This document shows, one piece after another, positions 1 to 11,489 of a stretch of 64,000 nucleotides of DNA. Within the stretch, counting starts at the first letter, position 1, and each line of letters opens with the position of its first letter. Both the position numbers and the translations under genes were made by a program. Location: assembly GCA_951406725.2 (NCBI GenBank), contig OX597815.1, forward strand, positions 166,470,001-166,534,000. Reading direction: 5' to 3'. The DNA is from Octopus vulgaris (Eukaryota). The notes below the pieces were generated by a model. That model did not search any database. It saw nothing but the letters and a program-made list of their open reading frames with translations, and was not told the origin of the DNA.

Positions 1-448
1 TATATATATATATATATAAAAAAATAAAGTAGTACTGGGGTCGATTTGTTTGATTAAAGCCTCCAAGCTGGTGTTCCAGCAGTCCAATGACTAAAATAAA
101 GGTTCAATAGTTTCAATTCTTTTGATAAATACCTTGACCAGGTTTCAATTCCCTATGGCATTAACTTCTATCCCACGCCTAATTCTGTCAATATTTTTTT
201 TTTTATTATTAACAGTTGTATTGCTTCTTTAAACATCAATAACGTTTTATTAAATTTTTATATCGGAGATAATACGTTTGCATGTCTATGGTTCAATATG
301 TGTGAATTCACACATATGCAAAATATGAATTCATATTTAAGCATGAAACACTTCACTGAGATCGATATTTTTCTATGAATTTGTCCGAACCATTTGCAAG
401 ACCAAAAGTAGGCTGCAAATTAAGAAATCGTTGTGTGTGTGCGCGCAC

Positions 449-507
<59 letters not shown>

Positions 508-883
508 TATATATATGTGGCAATATGACTCATAAAGACAGAACAGAATACATATTAACTAGTCTAAAGAAAATCGGACTCACTGCGAAACCTCGAAAAA
601 TAATCATAATTACAAAATATGTGGACACGCCCACGCGCGGTCTGTATGTATTTACGTACGTATGTATACACTCACATTGACAGAGTGTTACCGATGCATT
701 TTTCTCCGTGCAAGCATAGATTGCCTTATAATATAGTATCAAAGAACCAGGTGCGCATACATGTCTTACATAGTATGTGCTTTGCTTTTCAAAGCAGCAA
801 GACATTTCATTGTTAAACGAAGCAGTAAAATTCCATAAACTTCTGTAAACTTTCTTCTTCTTATCATTCTTCGACATACACCC

Positions 884-1306
884 AATACCTATTTCTTTAC
901 TACCCACAAAGGGCTAAACACAGATAGGACAAACAAGGACAGACAAACGGATTAAGTCGATTATATCGACCCCAGTTCCTAACTGGTACTTAATTTATCG
1001 ACCCCGAAAGGATGAAAGGCAAAGTCGACCTCGGCGGAATTTGAACCCAGAACGTAACAGCAGACGAAATACCCATTTCTTTACTACCCACAAGGGGCTA
1101 AACACAGGGGGGACAACCAAGGACAGACAAACGGATTAAGTCGATTACATCGACCCCAGTGCGTAACTGATACTTAATTTATCGACCCCAAAAGGATGAA
1201 AGGCAAAGTCGACCTCGGCGGAATTTGAACCCAGAACGTAACGGCAGACGAAATACCACTAAGCATATCGCCCGACGTGCTAACGTTTCCGCCAGCTCAC
1301 CGCCTT
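884..1306 (-). mobile_element. SINE family A (tRNA-like head, GCCTTTCATCCTTTCGGGGTCGATAAA central domain, Meta-SINE-like), dimeric body
   Basis: Head plus two ~185-bp tandem body units; imperfect TSD ATACACCCAATACC (876-889) / ATATACCCGATACC (1307-1320). Confidence 0.9.
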
Positions 1307-2295
1307 ATATACCCGATACCCTTAGCCTAGACATCTTAACTAGTCGTACATTGAATATTAATCATGTTACCAAGGTAACATATCTTATGTATGTACGCCT
1401 GTATCCATTGAAGATCCCAGCAGTCTGTGACTTCGGTTTACGACTGTTTATGCTGTTAGGCTGCCGGTGCCTTAAAACACGGGGTACCCTGCAGGTTTCT
1501 TCATATTTTGTGGATTCCTTTCTCACTTACTGCTTCCCCTGGTTTCCTCCCGTTAACATGAAACGAAAAAGAAAAAAAAGTTGTTCGTGATGCTTGAGAC
1601 TTCGTGCAATATTTTTCTCCTTAACCATATGTTCACTTACGCCGCAGACATACACACTTGCATCGATCGATCTGCCTGTCCATAATGTGTGCATATTACA
1701 TATAGTTATGTATGTGTGTGTGTGCGGGGTGGGTGTATTATATATATGCATATATACATGCATACATTTACATATAAGTGTGTGTATGTGTGTGTGAGAG
1801 AGAGAGGGTAAATATGTACATAAATATATATGCGCAAATGAATGCGTGTGTAGTCAACGCCAGGTGACTTGTCAGTAAGAGAAAAGTCAGTCGAAAACAT
1901 TCTGGAATATCTCTAGCGGGGTCAGAGATCGTGGGAGTTCCTCAAAGATAATAATATCAGTGCCAATGTACTGGTTACATACGGTTCAGAATGTTCAGAC
2001 CATGCCAGCCGAAAATTGCACGGATCCTTCAGAAATGTTTGGCTATCTGCTTTATCCAAAGGAGTCACACAGCATTTTACTGGGCCGGTTACGGCAGTAC
2101 TCATAAAACCAATGTGTGTTATCTTGGTCAGTGAGGGGTTTCATGTAAGTTTTTCGTCCATAACTCATTCTGCATGCTCCATATTAATTTTTGCACTCTC
2201 TTCCGAGTCACTTGACATCGCTCTTGAATCGGCGGACGAAGGGCAGCATAATTTTGCTCGATGTTCCTTGTACATGTTCTTAAGCAAGTTGTGAA

Positions 2296-2510
2296 TAATA
2301 TATAACGGGAAGCTTTATGAAAATAAACAAAAGACGAAGACAGGTGGAATACAAACAAACAATTGTATTAGTATGGCATTCAGGAATATAAATAAAACAA
2401 GTCTTTTACGTTTCGAGCCTACGCTCTTCAACAGAAAGATACACAGAAAAGAAACACGGAAAGAAACAAGGAGAGAAAAAAAATGCGTGCAGAAGCTAGC
2501 GATTCAACAT
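2296..2510 (-). mobile_element. Penelope-like element terminal-repeat fragment
   Basis: Carries the minimal hammerhead and has the same layout as 39335-39520 and 54920-55108 (pyrimidine-rich run, hammerhead, T-rich tail, TA end). Confidence 0.5.
2402..2439 (-). ncRNA. Minimal hammerhead motif (Penelope-type), core variant CUGUUGA
   Basis: Minus strand reads TCTTT-CTGTTGA-A-GAGC GTAG GCTC-GAAACGTA-AAAGA: 5-bp helix I, 4-bp helix II, palindromic ACGT in place of helix III. Confidence 0.65.
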
Positions 2511-2831
2511 GAATATAAGTTCCTATCAAACTATTCTTGGTGTTTCTTGGTCTTAGGGTGATTGATTGGACTGTTGCTTCATAGGAAGAACCTTTGTCAT
2601 ATATTGAAATACTCGCAAAGACCATCTGCAAAAGTTTTGAAGATATATTCACTCGTTACTAGCGGCAGTAGCTGGAACATGCGATATGTATGCCCCTAAT
2701 TTTGGCTTCTCTGCAGAGTGACATACAGCTAGTTATACTATAATTGACTGAAGTTCAATTGGCGAGTTGAAGAAGCGCTATGTGGATCTGATGAAGAGTG
2801 CTTTGATCAAACTCATAAGTACTGAAGTACC

Positions 2832-3063
2832 CATTTCTTTACTGCCCACAAGGGGCTAAACACAGAGGGGACAAACAAGGACAGACAAAGGGACTAAGTC
2901 GATTACATCGACCCCAGTGCGTAACTGGTACTTATTTAATCGACCCCGAAAGGATGAAAGGCAAAGTCGACCTCAGCAGAATTTGAACTCAGAACGTAGC
3001 GGCTGACGAAATACCGCTAAACATTTCGCCCGGCGTGCTAACGATTCTGCCAGCTCACTGCCT
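2832..3063 (-). mobile_element. SINE family A, full-length monomer with perfect TSD
   Basis: Near-identical to other copies; 16-bp TSD TAAGTACTGAAGTACC at 2816-2831 and 3064-3079. Confidence 0.92.
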
Positions 3064-3578
3064 TAAGTACTGAAGTACCACATAGCAATAACTATATGGA
3101 GATGAGGATAATGACTATGTGCTGGTGAAAAAGAGGACGACAGAAGACAAGCGAGAGATGTAATAATGGATGGCCATCGTTAATACCACCACCATCACAT
3201 ATGCATACACGTACTACGTGCAAATGAAGTTGGAGGTTTCGCATAGCATTATTCAACCATCAAATCCCTGTTAAGGGTGTGGACGTAGGACAACTAAAAT
3301 GATGATGATATATAAGTGTATGCATGTGTGTATATACACATATAACTATATTTTTATCTGTATATCTGGTGTATCTATCTATAAAAGAATATTCTCAACT
3401 GTTGTGCTACACACACACGCACACTCACACATACATGCGCGAAACTTTTACATGCAGTTACCGAGAGTATATATATATATACCCTCATATATATATATAT
3501 ATGTATATTTACATATGTATATATATGTATATGTGTGTATATATGCGTGTATATATGTATATATATAGGTGTGTATGT

Positions 3579-3630
<52 letters not shown>

Positions 3631-3639
3631 TTGTATATG

Positions 3640-3803
3640 TATACGACAGGCTCCTTTCAGATTCCGTCTACCAAATCCCTTCACAAGGCTTTGGTCGACT
3701 CGGGGCTATAGTAGAAAACACTTGACCAAGGTGTCTCGCAGTGGAATGAGAACCCGGAACCATGCGGTTGGTCAGCAAGCTACTTACCGCACAGCCACTC
3801 CTG
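3640..3803 (-). mobile_element. SINE family B (tRNA-derived head GGCTGTGTGGTAAG...GGGTTCAGTCCC, CORE-like CCTTGGGCAAGT)
   Basis: A/B-box-like head. Further copies or parts near 8228, 9885, 10290, 12070, 13660, 29420, 32330, 34890, 38320, 41255, 43551, 55140, 60210. Confidence 0.85.
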
Positions 3804-3807
3804 TGCC

Positions 3808-4018
3808 GAGCTGGCAGAAACGTTAGCACGCCGGGTGAAGTGCTTCGCGGTATTTCGCCCGTTGCTACGTTCTGAGTTCAAATTCCGTCGAGGTCGACTT
3901 TGCCTTTTATTCTTTCGGGGGTCGATAAATTAAGTACCAGTTACGCACTGGGGTCGATGTAATCGACTTAATCCGTTTGTCTGTCCTTGTTTGTCCCCCT
4001 TGTGGGGTAATAAGGAAA
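3808..4018 (+). mobile_element. SINE family A, head-to-head with a family B copy
   Basis: GAGCTGGCAGAAACGTTAGCACGCCGGG...GGGGTCGATAAATTAAGTACCAG shared with other copies. Confidence 0.85.
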
Positions 4019-4892
4019 CATATATATATAACGATATTTGTGTGTGTTTCAGTTTGTTATAAGTATGCGTGTATACAGTATTATGTTTGTATAAGTGTAG
4101 GTCCGCGATTACACAGTTTAGGTGTAATTTATTAAACAGCCATAGAACATGAACAAGAAGCTGAGAGACTGATAAAAAGACAGAGAGAGAGAGAGAGAGA
4201 GATGGGGTGCAAGAGGAGTCGAGAAGGAGGGAAATAGAAGAATGAGAAGGATTATATAAATAAGATCTTTCAAATAAACAGATAAAAGCAACAGTAACAA
4301 CTATAACGATCAAATCCACAACAGTTGCCTTATTGTTTTACAAAGTGTATGTATGTGTACGTGAGTGAGTGAGTGAGAACAAGAATTAGACAGAGAGAGA
4401 GAGAGAAAGAGAGAGAGGGAGCGAGTGAGGGAGTGGGGGGAGGAAGAGAGAGAGAGAGAAGTGGATGGTAGTACATGGCAGTTAGTTAGTGACTGAAACC
4501 ATTGCTCTTGTTCTCTGGCATTCTGAGCTTGCGTGGAATGTAGACAACATGTTAGGCCATCTGAATTTTAGTTACTCAGTGGCTTTGCCCTTTGTTAGGT
4601 CAGATGGCAGTGAAGGTGTTGGTAGCGGTAGCGGTGGTGGTGGTGGTGGTGGTGGAAGTGGTGGTAGGAGGAGGAGGAAATGGAATCTCTTCGCCAAATC
4701 ACACTCTTGTTTAGTGCAGTACTTAATGTTAGGTGCTTCAGGCTAGGTTGAGTAAGGAAGAGAAGGCCATTAGGACGAACACATAAGGAAGTTGATGGTG
4801 GTGGTGGTGGTGGTAGTAGTGGTGATGGTAGTAGTGGTGATGGTGTTGATGATGACGATGATGATGATGATATACATATATAGCTCACAAAA

Positions 4893-5079
4893 GGCGGCGA
4901 GCTGGCAGAAACGTTAGCACGCCGGGCGAAATGCGTAGCCGTATTTCGTCTGCCGTTACGTTCTGAGTTCAAATTCCGCCGAGGTAGACTTTGCCTTTCA
5001 TCCTTTCGGGGTCGATTAAATAAGTACCAGTTACGCACTGGGGTCGACGTAATCGACTTAATCCGTTTGTCTGTCCTTG
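4893..5079 (+). mobile_element. SINE family A, 3'-truncated
   Basis: Starts GGCGGCGAGCTGGCAGAAACG; high identity to 41629-41859. Confidence 0.9.
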
Positions 5080-5124
5080 AATAGGTTAGCTTTATGGCGT
5101 AGAGAACTTAAGCAAACAGATTTT

Positions 5125-5184
5125 GGGATCTGATGATACGCCCTAAGCTAAACCCATCATGGACGTGAAACCTAAGGTAATCCC
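5125..5184 (+). ncRNA. Type I hammerhead ribozyme motif, all core nucleotides present
   Basis: GGGAT(5125-29)-CTGATGA(5130-36)-T-ACG.CC...GG.CGT (helix II, one C/A mismatch)-GAAA(5167-70)-CC TAA GG (helix III)-TA(5178-79)-ATCCC(5180-84, pairs with GGGAT). Matches the CUGANGA/GAAA/UH core; predicted cleavage after 5179. Confidence 0.75.
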
Positions 5185-5202
5185 TTTAGGATATAACCTA
5201 AA

Positions 5203-5560
5203 ATTTTAAACTTCGTATACTGGTAGAATGTGTTTATAAAACATCTTTTTCTCTTGGCTTTATTGAGAAAATTCTATAGTTTGTAAGATATTTGTTGTTG
5301 TTTTTCTTCAATTTCAACCAATCAATGACGTCCATTGAGGTCAAAAACATTCTGTGCCGTATGAATATGTCCCTCGTTTAAGAAACAGATTGGGTTTATT
5401 TACATTTGTGAAAAAAAAAAAGATACCCTCACCACTAACCCTCACAAACCCTAACCCTAAAACAGATTGAAATGCAATAGATCGATTCTAGGGTCATAAT
5501 CATGGGTGACAATTTCATATGACACCGCTCGAAAAAACTGCCGTTCAAACCGAAAAGATC
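5203..5560 (+). mobile_element. Non-autonomous TIR element, right part, with CTAACC repeats
   Basis: Ends AAAAAACTGCCGTTCAAACCGAAAAGATC, the reverse complement of the left end GGGATCTTTTCGGTTTGACCGGCAGTTTTT at 51158; 5205-5298 is nearly identical to 51216-51311. Confidence 0.75.
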
Positions 5561-6459
5561 TTGAAGCTCTTTTATAAATTACTCGATCAATTCTCGTTTC
5601 CTGGTGTTATTCGATGTCCTCTTGTGAACATTCTAGTTGCTACAGTGCCGGCAACTGAGGCAAGAGCAATATACTTTCACTGATAAAGCCCAATACTCTT
5701 AAACGTTCATAGTTGCCTTACACGTTCAGAAAATGGTGCTTTTCTGTTCACTGTTTTTAATCCTATTGTCGTTATTTCTAATACTTAATGACATTGCAAG
5801 CAATTAAGCCCTCACCTTTTTATTGCTTAAACATGCGGTCATATTTATAATTATGATTTTGGAAATAAATTATCAGTTAAAGCCTATGTTTTTGTATGTA
5901 TGTGTGTATTGAAGTTCCATGGAAGTTGTAAGTACATTTTCCTTCCGCCCTCTCTCTAACAAATTGTGTGTGCATGTGTGCGCGCGCGATTGTAACCGTA
6001 ATTCAATGGTCCAGTTTTGTCGCATTGTCACTCTGAATATACCTGAGTACTTCATTAAAGATACTCTTGGAATGAATGCTCGCGGCCTACTGGATGTGGT
6101 GTTGAATTCATAAACGCAAGATCGTGATTTCGATTTCCAGATGGGGCGGTACCTTGTGTTCTTCAGCAAAACACTTAATTTCCCGTTGCTGCAGTCTGCT
6201 GAGCTGTAAACGATTAACCCTGCGACGGACTGGCGTGCCATTTTGGGGACAGTGTTGTGATCTCGGCCACTTATACGCCCTGGATACCGGGTAACTGGCC
6301 CTTTGAGTACTAGGAATCACACTAGGACCTACTCATTGAATACTGAGCTGGAATAGTCAGTTACATACTCAATACCAATTCAATATGTACATACAGTTTA
6401 GCTAGTCCAACAACTGAAAACGTATTATCGAATCCAACGAATTCACTTTCCGTGTTTAC

Positions 6460-6522
6460 TCATGTTACAAGTCAAACCCCTGAAGTTACAAGTCAAACCC
6501 CTCATGTTACAAGTCAAACCCC
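6460..6522. repeat. 21-bp tandem repeat x3
   Basis: T(CAT/GAA)GTTACAAGTCAAACCCC three times. Confidence 0.9.
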
Positions 6523-7165
6523 AATTTATGTTATTGGCGCATGAATAAGCTGAACATTTTTCTGTTTCGGGGAATTTTGATCTGGGATCTGTGCAGAGCC
6601 GTCCTTTGATGTAGACTGCTTTGTTTACTAATTGACATATGCTTTCAATGTGCCCTACAACTCTACATCCACGAACTCAGACATCCCAAATTAAAGAAGG
6701 ATTTACAACTAAAAGCCCTACCGTACATCTCTACACACAACCCTCTTAACAATGAAGCCTTCGACACCATCCTTCAAAACATTCTCCTGCTTAAAAAGGA
6801 CCACAGAATGAACTTAATCCTCCAAACACACTATCATTAAAAGCAAAAGACAGCCAAAATCTATGAAAAGTCACTTTTAGGTCACTTGACCATTTAACAT
6901 CCTACTACTATTATCCTGCATTCCCTTATTATTTTCTCTTCTCTGTCTCCTTCTTCTTCTCCACCACTTCCTTCCTTACTTTACTACTATTGCTGTTTAG
7001 AATAACACCTACGCAAATATTATAAACAATACATTCAAAAGAGATATCTCAAGAATTCAATCACTACTACCATCCACAACAAGTCACTTTCAGGGCACTT
7101 GACCATTTAACATCCTACTACTATCATAGCACTCCTGCATAATCATCATCATTATTCGTCGTCAT

Positions 7166-7237
7166 CGTCTTCGTCTTCTTCTTCTTCTTCTTCTTCTTCT
7201 TCTTCTTCTTCTTCTTCTTCTTCTTCTTCTTCTTCTT
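7166..7237. repeat. (CTT)n microsatellite
   Basis: Seen directly. Confidence 0.95.
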
Positions 7238-7382
7238 TTGCCAAGAATTTACAATGACCTCGAACCCACAAGAGTGACAGACAGGCAGAAACAAGGAAAA
7301 TGCCCCTTGTATTTGAACACTATGCAAATATTCTTTCAAAAACTTTTCATTTAATTTTTCCAAAATTTAATTGTTTCCCATA

Positions 7383-7424
7383 TTTACAGTTGAAAAGTCT
7401 CAATGACTGAAACCGGTACTGAAA
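7383..7424 (+). ncRNA. Degenerate hammerhead relic in Penelope-like repeat
   Basis: TTTACAG-TTGAAA-AGTC TCAAT GACT-GAAACCGGTA-CTGAAA: helix II and the palindromic ACCGGT are intact; the CUGANGA box is mutated. Confidence 0.5.
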
Positions 7425-7468
7425 GGTTGTTTATAAAATTATTTTAGCATTTTCTACTTTGACTTTTT

Positions 7469-7522
<54 letters not shown>

Positions 7523-7553
7523 ACTCGTGTGTCCCTTTTCAACCTTCTACACA

Positions 7554-7596
<43 letters not shown>

Positions 7597-8072
7597 TGGA
7601 ATGGAGGAGCTTGAAGCAGACAAAACTACAAGCAGTAGCATGTAAATATTGGGTTTAGAATACCCCTTGTTTAGAAAAACCAGAAGGCTACCCTTCAACA
7701 GTGTGTGTGTCTGTGTGTGTATGTTTGTGAGAGAGTGAGAGAGAGAGAGAGAGAGGCATACGCATAACCACACGTCTACGTAGATGCATTCATCGTTTGC
7801 TTGGAGATAAGTCTTGATAATACTGTAATCTTAGTATATGAAACTAAATAAACAAATCTGTCGTGGGGACGACGACGACGACGATGATGGTGATGATGAT
7901 GATTATCATCATCATCACGATCATGTTGAAGGAAATTAAAACTATCCGCCCACACTGAAATATGAACCGAAATAAGAAATTCTGCTGATTCTGGAATGTT
8001 TCTTTGTCTGCTCAATAAACGATATGGAGACCTAGGTATATACTTTGACATACTTTTTCACACACACACTCA

Positions 8073-8115
<43 letters not shown>

Positions 8116-8389
8116 AGTAAAGGCGCGTGGCCTTAGAGTTTCAAGCGTAGCAGTTATGCTCGTGAGATTGTGGTTTCAATCACCAGGCAGCTGCAGCGTC
8201 GTGTTCTCGAGCAAAATACTTAACGCGACGTGACTGTGTGGGTAGGAAGTTTGCTTCCTAGCCAGGTGGTTCCGGGTTCGATTCTGCTGCTGTGTCGCAC
8301 TTTGAACACATATCCACTATCATGCTTATGGGCCGACCAAAGCCTTTTGAGTAGATTTGGTAAACAGAAACCGAAAGAAGCTGAAAGAA

Positions 8390-8803
8390 GGCGGCGAGCT
8401 GGCAGAGACGTTAGCACACCGGGCGAAATGCTTGGCGGTATTTCGTCTGACGTTACGTTCTGAGTTCAAATTCCACCGAAGTCGACTTTGCCTTTCATCC
8501 TTTCGGGGTCGATTAAATAAGTACCAGTTAAGCACTGGGGTCGATGTAATCGACTTAATCCGTTTGTCTGTCCTTGTTTGTCCCCTCTATGTTTAGCCCC
8601 TTGTGGGCAATACAGAAATAGGTATTTCGTCTGCCTCTCCGTTCTGAGTTCAAATTCCGCCGAGGTCGACTTTGCCTTTCATCCTTTAGGGGTCGATAAA
8701 TTAAGTACCAGTTACGCACTGGGGTCGATGTAATCGGCTTAATCCGTTTATCTGTCCTTGTTTGTCTCCTCTATGTTTAGCCCCTTGTGGGCAATAAAGA
8801 AAT
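8390..8803 (+). mobile_element. SINE family A, dimeric, nested in a family B SINE
   Basis: Body unit restarts at GGTATTTCGTCTG (8437 and 8621; 184-bp period); flanked by AAGAA(G/A)CTGAAAGAAG TSD-like repeats. Confidence 0.9.
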
Positions 8804-8845
8804 AAGAAACTGAAAGAAGTGTGTCACACACACACATACATTCAT

Positions 8846-8879
<34 letters not shown>

Positions 8880-10422
8880 TCTCTTCTGTATCTGAGTATG
8901 TGTACGTATTGGGGTTTTTTGTGTGTGTCTTCTTGCCTTGACAACGAGGTAATAGTTGTATACAAGTATCCCTGTAATACAAGCAGAGAGCTTCATTTCC
9001 AGTATTTTACAAAAACATGCCTGGTCATGGGGCAATGTTACTTTGGAAATATGATAGGTGAGTGTTAACGACCAAAAGGGCATCAGGCTGGAGAGAGACT
9101 GCCTCCATAAACACAGTCCAACCCATGCCAGTATGGAAATGTGTAGACGTTAAAATGACGATAGATAGATCGATAGATAGATAGATAGAGCTATGCACTT
9201 CAGTGGTTGTACATATGTATAAGGATATATGTAAATAGATATACATAGTTATGTGTGCTTGTATATAAGTAATAGTAAGCATCTCTTGGTCTCGAGAGGC
9301 CATGGATATGTATGTGTGTCTGTATGTATGTATGTATGTACGTATGTATATGTGTGTGTGTTTGTGCATAGCCCAGTGATTAAGGAAATAGAACAGAAAT
9401 CCCCTGTATAGAAGTGTATTTTAGTGCATGCGTGACTGAGTTGGTTAAAGTACTTGATTATTTTGATTTTTATCCTGACATATGTTCAAGCATAGAATTC
9501 CTGAAATTTCACTACTGAGGCTTCTTTGTATACAAAAGAAACAAAATAACAACAACAACAATAATAATAATAATAATAATGATGATAATAATCAGAACAA
9601 CTCATGCAGTTAAATAAATCTAGCTTATTGGTTCAGTTGGTACATGAATTCAATTTAAATAGGAGAGAGGAAGTAAAAAAAAAAAAAAAAAAGGAACGCA
9701 GTAATTAAACTGGAATGTTGATTACTGAGGATTCTTCAAACAATATTTTCCCTTGCACTGGTGCTCCACTAGAGGTTTCTCAGTGCTTCTCAGATATTTA
9801 AAAAAAATATGATTTAAGGCTTTAGAAAATTTACACTTATATTTAAGCCTCTTGTTGTTCTTTATGTTATTCATAAAGGTTTAGGCATGGGTATGTGGTT
9901 AAGGTTTGTTTCACAAACGCATGGTTTTGGGCTCTGTTCTATTGTGTGGCATATTGGGTAAATATTTTCTACTATAGCCCTTCGCTGATTAATGACTTGA
10001 GTGAACTTGGCAGTCAAAAACTGTGTGGAAGTAACCTCTCGCCTTCTGTCTCATGCACACATGCATAAACACACACATATGTGTGTGTGTACATATATAT
10101 ACAATTATGTGCTTTAACTACAGCGTTAGAACTTTTTAGATCTTGTTTCTAGCAATGTAGGTATTCTAACACCCTTCTCATATTTAGTGACAATTATAGT
10201 TTTCCGTTTTGGTAAAACATTGCGTTCTATACTAATTTATACTAATTCGCAGTCTATACTAATTTACACACACACACACAGGCAGCACAACCGTGGCTAT
10301 GTAGTAAACAGTTTGTTCTTCAACATTGTTCTGGGCTCAGTCCCACTGCATTGCACCTGAGATAAATGTCTTTACTGTAGCATTGTGAGTGGATTTGGTA
10401 GATAGAAAATAAAAAGCCCACC

Positions 10423-10477
<55 letters not shown>

Positions 10478-11169
10478 TGGTGCCACAGGAAAAGCATCTA
10501 GTCCACACTGTAAAGTGGTTAGCATCTGGAAGGGCATCCAGCTGTAAAAATCATGCCAAAACTAACCTTGCCTTTAAATTGTATATATTGTAATTGTTTG
10601 CTTATTCATACGTTTCGTCTCATTTGATACCCTGACCCCAATGTTTGTTTTTTCTGTCCTTGTATCGTCCCCTCTTTTTCTCAACCTCATGGTTAATAAA
10701 GAAATTAACTAGTACCATGTAAGAAGCACTGAGTCTACTCTGCAGTGTGGTTGGTATTAGGAAGAGCATGCAGTCATGAAAACCCTGTCAAAACAGACAC
10801 AGAAGCTTGTCAACCGTCCAACCCATGCATGCATGGAAGATGGACAATAAATGATGATGATGATATCTGTCTGTCTGTCTATCTGTCTCTATGTGTGCAT
10901 GTTTATCTTTGTGTCTATGTTCATTACCCACCACTACTTGACATGTGGTGTTGGTGTGTTTACATCTTAACTTAGTGGTTTGACAAAAGAGACCAACAGA
11001 ATAAGTACCTGTCTTAAAAATATAAGTACTGGAGTAGATTCCTGCAACTAAAATTCTTCAAAGAGGTGCCTCAATATGGCTGCAGTCTAATACCAGAAGC
11101 AAGCAAAAGATAAACACAGACATGCAATATGTGTATATGATAATATATATTATGCTATATATACATGAA

Positions 11170-11489
11170 GGAGCAATCCGTGGGTTACGATGTGGGTCCC
11201 AGCTGATACGATCAATGGAACAGCTTGCTTGTGTAATTAACGTACAAGTGGCTGAGCACTCCACAGACACGTGTACCCTTAATGTAGTTCTTGGGGAGAT
11301 TCAGCATAACACAGAGTGTGACAAGGCTGGCCCTTTGAAATACAGGTACTACTCATTTTTGCCAGCTGAGTGGACTGGAGCAACGTGAAATAAAGTGACT
11401 TGCACAAGGACACAACGTGTCGTCGGGAATTGATCTCACAACCTTACGTTCATGAGCAGAATACCCTAACCACTAAGCCACGCGCCTTC
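11170..11489 (-). mobile_element. SINE with family C head and a different 3' module
   Basis: ...TGGACTGGAGCAACGTGAAATAAAGTG...CCCTAACCACTAAGCCAC; second copy at ~13030-13270. Confidence 0.8.

Larger units (their letters stand above)
6660..7470 (+). mobile_element. Decayed Penelope-like element: ORF fragment between RT and GIY-YIG, plus terminal repeat
   Basis: 6664-6870 translates YIHELRHPK...LPYISTHNPLNNEAFDTILQNILLLKKDHRMNLIL/IIKSKRQPKSMK (one frameshift), the pattern of Penelope-like ORFs downstream of RT. A hammerhead relic follows at 7383-7424. Confidence 0.7.

Noticed and set aside
5435-5460. CTAACC telomere-like repeats
   Set aside because: Short, degenerate and internal to a transposon.
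6460-6522. CRISPR-like appearance of the 21-bp repeats
   Set aside because: No spacers, no cas genes, eukaryotic context.
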